64,000 nucleotides of DNA from Rhizophagus irregularis (lineage: Eukaryota), in the NCBI RefSeq assembly GCF_026210795.1, contig NC_089432.1:3410001-3474000 (forward strand). Reading direction: 5' to 3'. Below the pieces are notes generated by a model. It searched no databases. It was not told where the DNA came from and saw only the letters and a list, made by a program, of their open reading frames with translations. Made by a program: the position numbers and the translations under genes. Shown in pieces: positions 10,108 to 24,019 of the stretch; the first letter of the stretch is position 1, and each line of letters begins with the position of its first letter.

Positions 10108-12041
10108 ATGGCTACACGATCTTCATTGTCAAGTGAATTACCAGAGGAAAGAAGAATTAGTATTGATTCTAAGCACGAAGATAATGATAAAGCTTCATTA
10201 GAAGAAGTAACTTATGAAGAAGAAAGACCTTGGAAATATAAATTGATTGCTTTGTTATGCGTTTTATCTTTAGCTGGTAGGTATTTAAAGTAGAAAAAGC
10301 AATATGTTAATTGATGATTTAATTATTTTTTTTTCTAGTGGGAAGTCATTATGCCGCTCATACTCTTGACGCTTTAAAGTCAATCGTCAAGACAGTATGT
10401 ATATCTTCTATATTGCTTTTCCCACAATCACATGATGTTAAATTATTCTCTTTAACTATAAGGAATTGGGCATTTCAAATTCAAAATATGGAATTATTCA
10501 ATCAGCAGTGTCGTTGGTTAATACAATTCTGCCTATTTTCGGTGGTATATTTATTGATATATTTGGTACTTGGATTGGTTCCATATTGGCCACTTCTCTT
10601 ATTGCTGTAGGAAATATATTTGTAGCATTATCAGCAAATTTGAGATCATTTGCTATGATGGTAATTGGTAGAACCTTATATGGAATTGGTAGTGGGACTA
10701 TTGTTATAGTTCAAACAGCTATTTTAAGTCATTGGTTTAAAGGAAAAGGATTAGCCATTGCCGTAGGAACTCAAATTGCTGTGTCAAGACTGGTACGATA
10801 TATTATTATTAATAATGCAAAGGTCAAAGTCGCACGTGGTAATTTAATTAACCTTTTTTTCTATCAAAGGCATCATTCCTGAGCAATCTGACGGTAGTCC
10901 CTATCTGGGAAAGTACAGGATTTTATGGATGGGCACTTTGGGTATGATGATTTTTAATTATTCAACTTAAATCTTTTGCTTATCCTTCTTTTTTATGATA
11001 TAGTTTTCTGCGCTTCTTTGCGTTATTTCATTAATAATCAACATCATATACATTTTTTTGATGAAAATGCTCCATGACGAATTATCAAGACATGAAATGA
11101 AAAAGATAAAACAAAAGAAAAAATTTAGTCCTAAAAAATTATTAGTATTTCCTAATATTTTTTGGATCTTTGTTCTACTTGAATTTGGTTTGGGAAGTGC
11201 ATGGACTTCATTTTTACATACTCAAACGTAAATAAGAGTATTTATTTCATTCATTTTTATGTATTAATTATAATAATGATTTGACTTGCATTTTAATTAT
11301 AGGGAATTGATAAAAGTCAGATGGAATAGCACAGATAAATATGCTGCTTTTGCTTCTAGTATTGCCCAGTTTTTACCAATATTCGTTTCACCTTTCCTTG
11401 GACACTTTTTAGATCGTTTTGGAAATCGATCTCTAACATGTAAGAATTATCTTACTTCTCTAACAAAATTTATTATATACATTTAAATAATTATATAAAT
11501 ATCGTTCTTTCAACTGTTTGAACTAGTGATTATGTCCTCAATTTTTCTTACCATATCAATGTGTCTCCTTGGATTCGTAGAATTAACACCTATAGTAATA
11601 ATTATGGGAACGATCTGTTTTTCAATTTCACTTTCATTAGGACCAGTAGTTTTATTGTCATCTATACCAATAATAATGCCGTTAGATTATGTTGGTACAG
11701 CATTAGGTATAGATAAATCAAGTTCAAATATTGGTTCAACAATTTATGATATACTTGTTGGAATATTACAAGATAAAGATGGAGGCAAATATGGAATGGT
11801 AATGCGATTTTATTTGGGTAATAGTGTATGTGTTATATTTATATCTATATTATTATATTTTGTATCAAAAAATTGGCGTAATGGTATTTTAGATATGAAA
11901 GAAGATGAAAGAAAAAGAAAACGTGCTATTGTTAAAGTTAAAGATTATAACAAACCTATAAAAATGAATTATTTTTATATCGCTATTTTTATTGCTTTAT
12001 TAATTACAAGTTGGGTGTTATTCTTTAATTATATTAATTAA
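10108..12041 (+). CDS. Major facilitator superfamily transporter, MFSD1-like, multi-exon
   Basis: ORF pieces 10108-, 10466-, 11286-, 11526-12041 with many TM helices, GGIFIDIFG and GHFLDRFGNR motif-A variants, GRTLYGIGSG, WFKGKGLAIAVG; GT-AG introns (e.g. 10277-10338). Confidence 0.88.
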
Positions 12042-14763
12042 GATATGTATATATATAAGTATTAAATGTACTGTATATCAAAAAGTAAGTCTATCTATGA
12101 TATTCTTTGTAACATTACAAATTTAAATTTTTCCCTAATATGTTATGTCAAATTCTTTTTTATATTTTTGTATTATTTTAAAAAGTTAATACATACAGTT
12201 AATAAAAAAAAAATTAGAAGGGAGGATTAATTTGCTGATTTGATATGTAATAGATTCAATGTAGGAATTTCTATAATAAAATGTTACATATTCTCAATAG
12301 TTTCACCATATTACTTTGCAGTTCATATTGCATGAAAGAGCATATTTAATCTTTTTATAGGAGTAGAAAATTTTTTTTTGCGTGATTTTTTACATTTATT
12401 TGAGATGATCATCTTTGAATCAAGTACTTTGGAATTTTCAATTAATAAGAATTTATGAATACAGGATGAGAAATTTTATGACTCATTTTTACTTTATGAC
12501 TAGGAAATAGAAATATGTTGTGAGTCCAGAGATCCATTGTGTTCTGTTGTTTAATTTATAGTTTCAGAATGGTTTCGATTGTAAAATTTAGCGAATCAGG
12601 TAAAATAATTTATTTGAAGTGATTTATTATTTTATTAATAGTTTCTCATTTAATTAATCTAATTTTATTTAATCATTACTAATAATAGATCTTAATGAAA
12701 ATTAATCAAGAAGAAGATAATTTGAATGATGAGATTTAAATTATAATAGTTTTTTTTTTGGGAATAGTCAGAATTTAAAAAGATAATAGTTAAAAATTTT
12801 TTATTTAACTTAGTTCACATTTTTATTTACCTTAGTATTATTATATCTTTGTGGGAATTTTTATGAAAGAATCAAATAAGCAAAAAAAAAGAAAAAATAT
12901 TAAAAAAGAGACGCTCAACTTTGATTACAATCAAACTTTAGAAAGCGAAATGTTTTGACAAATATTCATTCTGATATCATGATAAAAATTAAATAAAAGT
13001 CTTAGTAGGTTAGATTGTCTTACTTATTAAACCATTAAGAAAGACTTAAAATTGATTGCAAAACAAACAAATAATTTTTAAATTTGTTATTAACTTTATA
13101 TATATTTTTAAAAGTGATTTGTTTTTATATTTATTATTAATCCTTTTTTTATTTTTTTTATTCGAATAAGTTTTTAATTAAAGTTATTTAAAAACTTTAA
13201 CTTGATCTATCTAAAATTATTTTTGAGGTGGGTTAAAATAAATCGTACATTTTCTTTCATGTGCAACTCGGTATCTGCAGTAATCACCGTAGAAAAATAT
13301 AAGTTTCATTTATCATATAATTTCCATAAATTTAATAGAATATATGTTCACAATATTAAAGGACAAAAAATAATAAATTGATCGAAACTCGACCCAGTAA
13401 AAATTTTTAAAGAATTTTATTTCTCCTCTAAATAATATATTGACTTTGCTTAAAATTTCAGTACTAATTAGTTATTTCATGAATTTTATCATTTAAACAC
13501 CTACAATATAAGAAAAATTGAACTAAATTGTTTATTATCATATTTGAGTATAAATTTGATAAATAGAAAAAAAAATGTAGACGTAACCACAGCGGTGTAT
13601 AATGTCCACCAAATTAATTCTTTTTTCTCAATTAAGAATATGGCCAAATTTTTCATTTTTTGTTAATTTTTAAAAAAAAATTTTTTTTTTTTTACGTTTC
13701 ATTAAGATAAGGTAATCTCCTTAATTAATTTTTATTCAGGAAATAACCACCAGGATTTGGATCATAAAAACTGGCTAAGTAATTTACCGAAAGATGAAGT
13801 CACATTAGTCACATTATTGATTGTGCTGATTAATATATATTTTCTATAAATATCACTATCTAATTTTGCAATTGAAACAAAAAAAAACTATTTATTACAG
13901 GTATGTAGTGAGTTTTACTTTCACAGAATAAAAATACCTTTGTAATATTAAGCCAATTTGGAATAAAATATAAAATATATATACTATTTTTTAAAAAAAA
14001 AGTTTAGTACAATAAATTTTAAATAAAATATTAAATCTGAGGAATGTTTACAATTGAAGAGGCTTTTAAGTTACTGGACATTTTAAAAGAGAATGATAGT
14101 AGGAATCAACAAATCGATTTTGTGTAACTAGGAGAAATTTGCTTTACAGATCATATCAATATTTTACTCATATTACATCGTATTAATAAAAATTTTTATG
14201 TATAACATTGATCATGATAAAATGTCATGGTTTTTTATATTCTAAAAGTTACATGACATCAGGCCAGTTATCCGTAATGTATTTTTCTCAAAAGATCAGC
14301 ATAGATATAATAGATAAAGGCGTGTAGACTGAATAATTTATTTTGAAATAATAGAAAATAGATAGCTAAAAAAATTAGTGAGATAATTGCTCTCTTTAAA
14401 CGTCCATTACTACATTATTTTTTTACTATCTCATTAGTTAGAGACAGCTCCAAATAAAAAAACGTGATTAATAAGAAAAATGTGCACGGTTAAATAATCA
14501 AAATAATTTTAAGTTATTTGTAAATTATGGTTTAAACCTAATTTATTTATATAATATTAGTTATAAATACAGATAATTGGAAAAAGTACAAAAGACAATG
14601 TTTAAAAAAAACTCAACAGCTTTCATTTTCTAGTATAATTAATAATAATTTGAATACAGAGTGATTATAATTATAGAAAATTTGTCCAGTTTATGTCATC
14701 AACTTCCAAGATTAAAAAGTAATCCTATCATACTTCAACTTTTTAAATTTCTCATCATCAATG

Positions 14764-17533
14764 TCAAGCCTTTCCGGGGTGTCCTTTGCGTTTAAGGCGT
14801 ATATTATTTCTCTCTTCTTCATTGAAGCCAAGAATTGTGAGTGACTCAACAGGTGCAGAATTGAAATATATTTTTTCGTTTGCTATGTAAATGTAAAAGA
14901 ACATTAGCAAACATTATAATCAAAAAGGAAATTCCAAATTACAAACATACCAGATGCAAATTGTGCACGACTCGCATATGTATATCCATAAAACTTTTGA
15001 AAGTTTTTCATAGACACTAATGCACTGTTTGGTTTATTATCTATAGACAGGTTGTTTTCTTTATTTGCATTCGTTAAGAATAATAAAACCCATTCTTTCA
15101 CCTCAGCCTTATTCATAGCTTCAGCAACCTTATTATATGAGAAAGAGATTTGTTAATCAACAATTTTAACGATGCATGTGCACTTAATATATGAAGCAGT
15201 ATTGTTACCTTTTCATACGTTTTATCGTATAATTCTTGGTTAACCTCCCCAGGCGCATTAAAAAATAAGCAACCAATATATCTCTTGATATTACCTTCCT
15301 TCAGTAAATCAAGGTCAATATAACCATTTCTTACTTCTGTCATGTTTTCATATTTCACTTGATTATTCTTGTAAGTTTTAGTAACTAAATTATATTAGAA
15401 TGGGATTTGAGTCTGATGTGATTTGTTATTAGAAAAAAATCAGCAAAACATAATACCTGGGTATCGATGTAGTGATCTGTACAATTTGATATCTATAATT
15501 TTAGGTAAATCAACTTCAACATCTGGAAAACTAAGAGAGAAATCCGCACCTTTAAAAAGAGTCTTCAACTTAATCTGCTTATATCCTATTAAATGAAAGA
15601 GTCTGAGGCGTAATGCCCAGAACTTGGCATTAAAATCTTCAAAATTCTGCCATGGCTCATCATATCTTAACATCATGAATTTCAAATACATCATCCCATG
15701 GTCATCAGAACTTTCAACAATTGCACATACCCACACATAAGGTAAGCGAATAAGGTATTCTCCACGTTCTTCTGTTGGAACCAGGTTCACAACTCCCATT
15801 GAGCTAAGTTCCTGGTATGACATTGATATTTTGTTGAGCATGATCGTATCCATTTTTTTAACTGGAAAACCCAATATGGCCTTTGCAAGTGGTATTGTCA
15901 ACCAATGTGAGTTTAGCTCAAGAGAATATTTATCTATAATTTTTTGTTTAACAAATTCCATGATTTTCTTGATATTCACGTTATGAACAGCTGTTTCTAT
16001 TTTCTCTTCCTTTGACATTTTTTCTGTTTTTAGTTTTTTGTGTTCTGCTGCAAATTTTTGTGCAAAATACTCATAGTAATACTCCAATGTTCTCACATGT
16101 CCTCCAATATCACAAATACTTATTCGAAAATAAGGATGCAGTCTGACATATTTATCATCAAATAAATTCATTTTCATACCAATTCTGATTGCATCATCAT
16201 CATTAAGTAAGCGTAGTGGGAGGGGAAGTATTTCATGCATAGAACCTGAAATATAATCATATAAGTGTTCTTCAATTGTTCCAGCGAGAATAGGAATGAA
16301 ATAAATGTTTGGAGGTGGACGACACATAACTCCTCCAATTGCGTTAATAAGTTCCTTACAGATGCCTTTTTCGGTATCATGCAATTTGTTGAACTCGTCA
16401 ATGCCAAGAACCAGGACAAGCAGAGGATTAGAATTTATTTCTTGTTTCTTTTGTATAATAACATCAGCATAAATAATTCGGAGAGCAGTGCTCAGGGTAA
16501 AGCTTGAAATATTCGAATAATTATAGCAGTGTGATTGAAAATGAGAAAATTCTAAACTGCCATAGTTATGATTAGGTCGAAAGTACTCATATAGAATACG
16601 AATTGCAAGTGATGCCTCAGCACCAAAATTTACATCCATAGTTCCAGCAGGGGATCCATTCCCGTAGGTGGTGTTTATGACAGTCATATTGGTGAAAGCC
16701 TTCCGTATTTCTTCATCGTCAGACTCATTAGCATATTGACCGAGCAATCGTTCAACTTCATCCAGAAATCTGCTCTTTCCAACTCCAGGTCCACCCACTA
16801 AGATAGGAATTGGATGAAGGCCTTTGTCACTTACATTACGATATTTAAATCGGGCTTCAATTCCAGCTATCACTGTGCCTTTCCAAAGGGCTTTAATAGT
16901 GTCATCTCTTTGAAGAAACTTGAAGTCTTTGCCATAAGTTTTAACGAGCTGAAAAAGTCAATTCAATTTAGTCAGAGAAGCTAAAGACACATTATTAAAA
17001 AGAGAATAAAGCTTACTAGGTTTCGGCCACGGTTTGGTTTGAATTGTTTTATCCACTCGTAGACAGAAGAATCATCATTCCAATAAGGTTCTAAAAACCA
17101 ATAATAAGTAAGAGATTTGTTATAAAATTTCTTTGACATTAATACACTTACCAGCAGCAGTGGGCAATTGTACGATGACGTGAATGTTCTCATCTACAAG
17201 CGATTGTTCCAAAAAAAGTTTCTTAACTAAGAGGATGGGTACCAACTTCTTGCCTCCAAGCTCTTTTTTAATATCATCTTCAGTAGTAACATGTTTAAGC
17301 TTGTTTTCATCATTGTAAGCGATGTTAACCTTCCAAAGATCCATAATGTCAGAATCATTAATTCCTAACGTAGCTTTTTTCTTATTCCAAATAAGGAACT
17401 TGAGGTCTGAAATCCTTAAATTGTTAATATTGATCAAAGAACCACAAATATCGCTATCATTAGCAATGTTAACCACAAAAGTATCATCAAAAGAAGTCTT
17501 TCCTAGGCATAAACAATTTATTGACACCATCAT
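14764..17533 (-). CDS. Crinkler (CRN) family protein: ubiquitin-like CRN N-terminus, P-loop NTPase, apparently truncated nuclease region; possibly pseudogenised
   Basis: Exon 1 has DLKFLIW, DLWKVNI and HVIVQLP CRN header motifs; Walker A GGPGVGKS and Walker B LVLGIDE in 15440-16873; several GT-AG introns; last exon stops at 14764, while a shifted frame continues to 14712. Confidence 0.85.
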
Positions 17534-17748
17534 TTGTGTAAAGCGATTTATAGAAAGAAGTGTTTTTTAGTGAGAGAGAAATTTTGAGACTCGACCTGGC
17601 AAAAAATAGAAGTGATCCGATCTTAACCACGAAAATGCGAAAAATATCAGTTTTTGCTATAAACAAAAATATAATTGTTTAAAAATATATATTGATCAGA
17701 CTCTTATCAGTAATCATGTACTTCGAAAAAAAAAGAATTTATCTAGAA

Positions 17749-17826
17749 TGAGTATTCATCATATCGTGAGTATTCATCATATCGTGAGTATTCATCATAT
17801 CGTGAGTATTCATCATATCGTGAGTA
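17749..17826. repeat. 18-bp tandem repeat, 4.3 copies
   Basis: TGAGTATTCATCATATCG x4 plus TGAGTA. Confidence 0.95.
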
Positions 17827-19254
17827 CTTATTAAAAAAAAAAGTGAATTACTGTTAAACAATTTTTTAGTCATATGGTGACCGTATTTGACTAAGTGTCA
17901 GTTTTCAAGTTTTCAATTCCTTTAATTTGGTTCAGAAGATGCTGCTTAAACCATTAGACCATATTTAACTAAGCGTGGGGACAAGGTCTTAAGTCAAGAT
18001 AAATTACTGATTGTGTGTGAATTTAGGTTTAACACAAGATAATTACTGATTGTACTATCAACTTAATGTGAATTTAGCTTTAAGCCAATTTTGGCATTTA
18101 CTACGTAATACATATTTGCAACTCAAACTTCTAAACTAATTCAACTTTGAAACTAATAGAAATTAGTTCAAAACTAATTTAAAAGATTTAAATATGATTT
18201 AAAATTAATTTAAAACTAATTTGAAAGTCCAAAATTAATTTAAAATTAGACTTTACTGTGTCTTTAATAAAATAAAAAATTTAAATATTTTATTTATAAG
18301 GCGGCACAAAGTAAATAAATTAGTTCGAGGTTCCTCTCCAGTTCCTGGGGTTGAATTCACTCACATCGGCTAGTTTAGTCTCATTTTTGTAATTTGTGCT
18401 CTGTAAAGTCGTAATTTTGTTATTGTTTGAGAGTGTTTTTTTATAGCAGGTATAATATTTTCCCAACTCACATAATCAAAGGCTGATAATGTCAAATCTT
18501 TTAAATTATTTTGTAAAAAGAATCAATTCTTTTATTGTAAATTATGACATATTTGATACAATTGATGAAAAAAAATTAGAAGGAAGATTTGAACTGCAAT
18601 ATAACTCTGAAAGATCTTTTGCTCCAGAAAAGTAAGTAAAAGAAAAATTAATTAAATTAATAGTGTATTGATTACAGTAATAGTTCAATTTTTCAAAATT
18701 TGATTCATAAACATTTTAATAATTTCATTTGTAACTAAACAATTTACATTTGATAGTTCATTTTTAAGGACGTCTTCAACAATTACATTAATCCTACAAA
18801 TTGAAAGGACTTTGCAAAATGATGCACAATTAAATAGTGGTGGTTTTGATGTAGGTGTTGAAAGGAAAATTTCATTCTTATATAAGATTTTTCTTGATTC
18901 ATTGGGAAAACAAGAAACTAATGTAATAATTTTGCATTCATTGGAAAAAAGAGAGTGAGATCTATCTAAATGAACTAAAAATCATGAATTGAGTTACTGC
19001 TTGATGAATAAATGCATTCAAAATATTTATTATATTTGATCCTAAATTAGAGTGTATTTCACCTTTTAAAATAATGCAAAAATTATTTGTTTAGAATATA
19101 CACACAGAGAAAATAATGCCACATCACTAATATTAAAATTTATCATAAAATTTCTTAATTACCAACAAAGCTTTTCATAAAATCTAGTTAAAAAAGTTTT
19201 ATGACATTTTTGTTAAAAATTATCATGCTCATCCACATAAATGAAACGTTTAAA

Positions 19255-19462
19255 GTGTAGTCAATTACAGGAGTATATTAATATAACATGTCAGTTGTCA
19301 CACTCTTAGCGTTTCCGGTACAGTTTTTCAGAATAAATATATGGAGTTGTATTAATTAAGGGAGAGTATTATTAATTGATCGTTCATATATTCAAAATGT
19401 CCAAATCATAAGTTTCATAATTCCAATTTTCAGTAAATATGGACTCCTGTAATAAAACTTAC
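19255..19462. mobile_element. Degenerate MITE-like inverted repeat
   Basis: ATTACAGGAGTATATT near 19264 is inverse to AATATGGACTCCTGTAAT near 19436; TSD not resolved. Confidence 0.35.
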
Positions 19463-19999
19463 ATGGTTAGAAGCCACAGTTCTGAACCTTTATTTTTTAA
19501 CCTAAAATATTTCTTTATTTAAAAAAATTGCCAAGAAATCTTGAAGCTTAAAAAAGCTGGTGAATGTTATTGTTTTTGGCAAATGGCTAGTTGCGGCTAA
19601 TTCCCAGTAAATCATTTTGCCGATATAAGCAGTTTTTTGTTTTGCCGATCATATACGGGACAATTTTTTATAAGGAAGGCCACATGCCGTCTATCTTTAT
19701 AGAGTTACCGGGTGAAATATTACATGATATGATATAAATTGATTAAAAATTATGTTATATGACGCATGATTCTGATGACTTGTCATTTAAAGCAAAAATA
19801 TTAAAATAATAATTAAATTTATATCTTTATTAGTAATTTTATTTAGTAATTATTTATATATATAAAAGATAAAATATAATATAAATGTAATTTTGGTAAA
19901 AATTTATTATACTTACTATATTAAATATGTTCATACCATTATATAAAATCAATTTTATCTACCAATACTTATTTCTTTTCTAATATTATTAAATATACT

Positions 20000-22080
20000 T
20001 TAAATTTTGTTATAATTATAATTAGATATTACTTCTTCAATAGGTTTCCATAAAATACGACGAAAACCAATCACTAAAATAACAAATCCTTTTAATTTAT
20101 TAGGATTTGATTTAATTATTTCAATACGTTCATCAAATACTCCTGAACTAGAATAATTAGCAACTTTTCCTTTTGAAATTGTATTCATATATGATTTTAA
20201 TTGACTTATACCATTATTTAATATTTCACCTATAGTTGTCTGATTAGTTTTTTTCAATTCTTTTGACCAATATGTATATGATCTTTTTAATAAAATTTCT
20301 TCATTTTCTTTTTCAAGAATTTTATCTAAATTTTCTAATTCATTTGCACCAAATTCAACTTTTTGATTTTTTATCGAACCAACTAATGAAATATATTTTA
20401 ATTCTAAACTAATATAATTATCTCCTAATCTTTTTAAAACAAAAATATCTGAATAACCAAAGCGACCTGATCCTTTTAATTTTTTGCCATTCATTACTAA
20501 TGAAAGTTCTGGAATGCGATATTTTAATGGCAAAAGACTTTCAACAATTGCTCAAAGCATAGATTCATTTGCCAAAGATAAAGACATTTTTGATCTTGTT
20601 AATAGAAAAGTTTTTAAAATTTCAATAAAAGGTATAATATTACCTATAACAAGATCTTCATATGCTGAAGTAATAAGAAGTGCATCATTAACAACCTGTC
20701 TATACATTAAATTATCCTTATTTTGTTCTAAAATTTGAATTTGTTTCTTCCAGGTTCTATCAGTATCTTCAGTATCATTTTCTCTTACTCTTTTTAATTC
20801 ATTTGTTTGTTTACCTTGAAGAACAAGTTTTTCATTCCATTTTTTATTAAAAATACATTCTAATGTTTTACCTGATCTATATATTTCACTTTCAACATCA
20901 TTATATGTATAACAATTGCAAAATATTAAACGAATATCCTTTTCAAATTCTTCTAAACTTATATATTGATTATTTTTTAATTTTAAATTTATAGTAAATA
21001 AATCCATGGGATTTTTTATAGCCTTATTTTTAACATCCTTTTCAACATATTTATAGAATAAATTAGCATAAGATTTGTTTTCAAGTTCATGAAGTATATC
21101 ATAACAAAAGTCAGTAAATTGAAATTTCTTTTTAGGCAAAACTGATTGTGAAATTTCAGAAAGATTTTTAACAGGAATTTTAACTGTTATTTTTGAAAGT
21201 AATACATCTGCTTGTGAAGTTTCAGCAAGTATTATATTTTCCTTTTCACATTCCTTATTAACTTGTAAATCTGGTTGTAAAGGTTCAGAAAGATTTTTAA
21301 TAGAGTCTTTACATGTCTTTTTTGAAAGTGATGTTGCTGGTTGAGAAATTTCAGCAAGTACTAGATTCTTCTTATCACATTCCTTAATAACTTCTTGCTT
21401 ATTTTTAGGTAAATCTGATTGTGAAGTTTCAGGAAGATTTTTCTTCTTTTTATCAAATTCTTTAATAATTTCTTGCCAGAATATTTGTAATTCTTTTTTA
21501 CGTTGTAAATGTTCTGTTTTTATCTGTAATAAGAAGAAATTGTTAATAGTGCACAATTTTTTATTTAGTAGTAAAGAAGGTACATAGCGAGTTCCTCCTC
21601 CAAAACAAGCAGACTTTACTAAACAACAAAGCAAGGGCGCCTGAAATGAGAGCTTGGGTTGGTTACCAAACGAACGAAGACAGTAATTCTCATTAAGTGA
21701 CTACGAGGAGTTTTAAGAGTTACCCACACTTTGCAAAATAAAAAATAAACGCACCTTATCCTTTACTGCAACAAAAATATCTGGTTCAAATAAGTTTTTG
21801 ACTTCATTTAAAAATCGCTTGTACCAGGTAATGTTAAAATATTGCCATTTGTCCAAGTTCAATGCTAATGAAGAGTTAGTTGGTAAATTTAGTGAAGAAA
21901 TAATAATATCTCGGTTAAGATTCAAAAATCTGTGGTAAGTTGGATAATTTTTTGATTCAATTAAATAAGTAACAAGAGCTAATAATAGTCAATGAGTTAG
22001 TTAGAGGCTCTTTGTTAAATATTTAGAATTTTAGATTGATTCTTACCATCATATCCGATATAATTTTCAGTTATATTCAT
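20000..22080 (-). pseudogene. Bromodomain plus C-terminal PD-(D/E)xK-like nuclease fusion with one in-frame TGA
   Basis: Exons 22080-22047 (MNITENYIGYD), about 21978-21755, and 21523-20000. Bromodomain IKNPMDL...FEKDIRLIFCNCYTYN; nuclease-like E..GRFGYSDIFV..ISLELKYI..QLKSYM. ORFs 20552-21634 and 20000-20533 share a frame, separated by TGA at 20552-20554. Confidence 0.75.
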
Positions 22081-24019
22081 GATTCATTAACTTATGATGA
22101 AAAAAAAATATATTTATGACAAATGAATATGTATTAATATTATTAATAAACTTGATTATTATAATAATGAAAAATTTAAAAAAAATATTAATTTTAACAA
22201 TATTGTATTTTAAAAATATTATATTTGAAAAAAGCAAAGCAGTAAAATCAAAGTTGAGAAATTAGGGATTTATATATAAAAAAATCACACGAAAAAGCAC
22301 TACCAAATACTCAGCTTTTGTCATTATTACAAAAGATTATAAACTTCATATGTGATCCTTTTAAGAATGAATAAATATGGCTCATATTGCATAAAATAGA
22401 ATTTTAATATAACATTTTTTTATATTAATCTAGAACAAACTAGTGAAAAAATAAGTATCATGATGTATTTAAGATACGATGTGATCCATGTAAGAATGAA
22501 TAAATATGGTCACATTGCAGAAATAGAATCGTAATTTAACAATTTATAAGTAAATAAGTATCATATTGTACAATGTACACGTTTTTTTATTAAATTAATC
22601 ATGAGTAACATATATATAACATGTATACCAGATGATTTAATCATGAGTAACTTATATACAACATGTATATATTGTCGATCTTGATAAGATATTGAGCGTA
22701 ACAAATTTTAGTTCATAATTATATTCTTTAATTTCAATTGTTACGTATTAAAATTTTTTTTAATTTCAAGTTGACGAAATATGGAAAAATGACTTAATAT
22801 CCGTGCTTATTTACTTAATAAAGTATTAATTCTTTTTAATAAAGTGATATTATTAGCAAGTTATTATCGCTAAGAGTAACATTAAGGTAAGCGGTTTTTT
22901 CTAAATTCGTTTTTAACTTTGCTTTATTTCTATAATTTAACTAAAACTTTCATGAAATTTTTTTTTTCGTAGTATAACATAGTTAACGTACTTTTAAACG
23001 TAACACTCGTTTTATCAAAATTTTAGTGACTGCAGACAGACAACCGGGACATCACCACGTGATCTAAACGTCACTAAGTAGTAATATGGAAACAAAGGAA
23101 AATCTAGTTCTAAGAAATTATAATTTATGTTTTACTGAGTTCAATTCTAAACCAAGTTATCAATAAGATTTAATGTATTACTAATTATTTTTGAGAATAT
23201 TTGGAATAACATTTTGTTTAATAAACATTAATATTATTTTTTCTTTGTAATCTAATTAAGCAGAAAAATCATTTTTAAAATAATAAGAACGAGCACGTAA
23301 AATAACAAAATGTGCACGAAATTCTTCTATATTTTGATTTTCACCGACTTGATTAATAACGTTATAATCAGTATCATTTGATAATAAGATTAGAATGAAA
23401 AGTTAAATAAAAAATTCAAACGATGACACACTATTTAGTATTTAGGTTACACAAGTAGTACTGGAACAAACTTCCTGAATTGCATTATTATTACGTTCTT
23501 AAATTTATAAAATCAAATTTTTTTTAAAAAAAATCTCTTTATTAAACATCAAGTTCTATACGGATTTCCCACTGTTGGCCAGATTTAAAATACAATTTTC
23601 ACGCACCATACTGATTATACATATGTAATACTAGCCTCAACTATTTTGACTCTTTTGTTGACTTTTCTTCTTATTTTCTTTTTTATTTGAACCATGGATT
23701 TCAAATTAAGTCTAGTTAAATTATCAAAACTAAAAGTAATACTCGCGTTTTAAAGATTTTCTCATTTCTTTTCCAGAAAAAAAATATTTTCATTTTCCTA
23801 ATTTTATAATTAAATTACATTATAAATAGAACTATTCATAAATGAACCATGGAATAAAATTAATACATCCGTATAAATTTTAATAATAATTTTAAAACAA
23901 ATGCAAACTTTAAATTCTGCATGTGTTACTTACTTAATTAAAACTATTCTATAATCCCATAATGCAGGATCACCTCTTTCAGTTATCATTCCTCAAGGGA
24001 TGTAATGCACTTTCTGTTA

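Noticed and set aside
16174..17570. Overlapping or antisense ORFs within the CRN gene
   Set aside because: Shadow frames of the real coding exons.
18300..18375. tRNA/SINE-like GGTTGAATTC segment
   Set aside because: No cloverleaf, acceptor stem or A box can be formed.
22345..22670. Two short local direct duplications upstream of the bromodomain gene
   Set aside because: Ordinary slippage-type duplications with no further structure.
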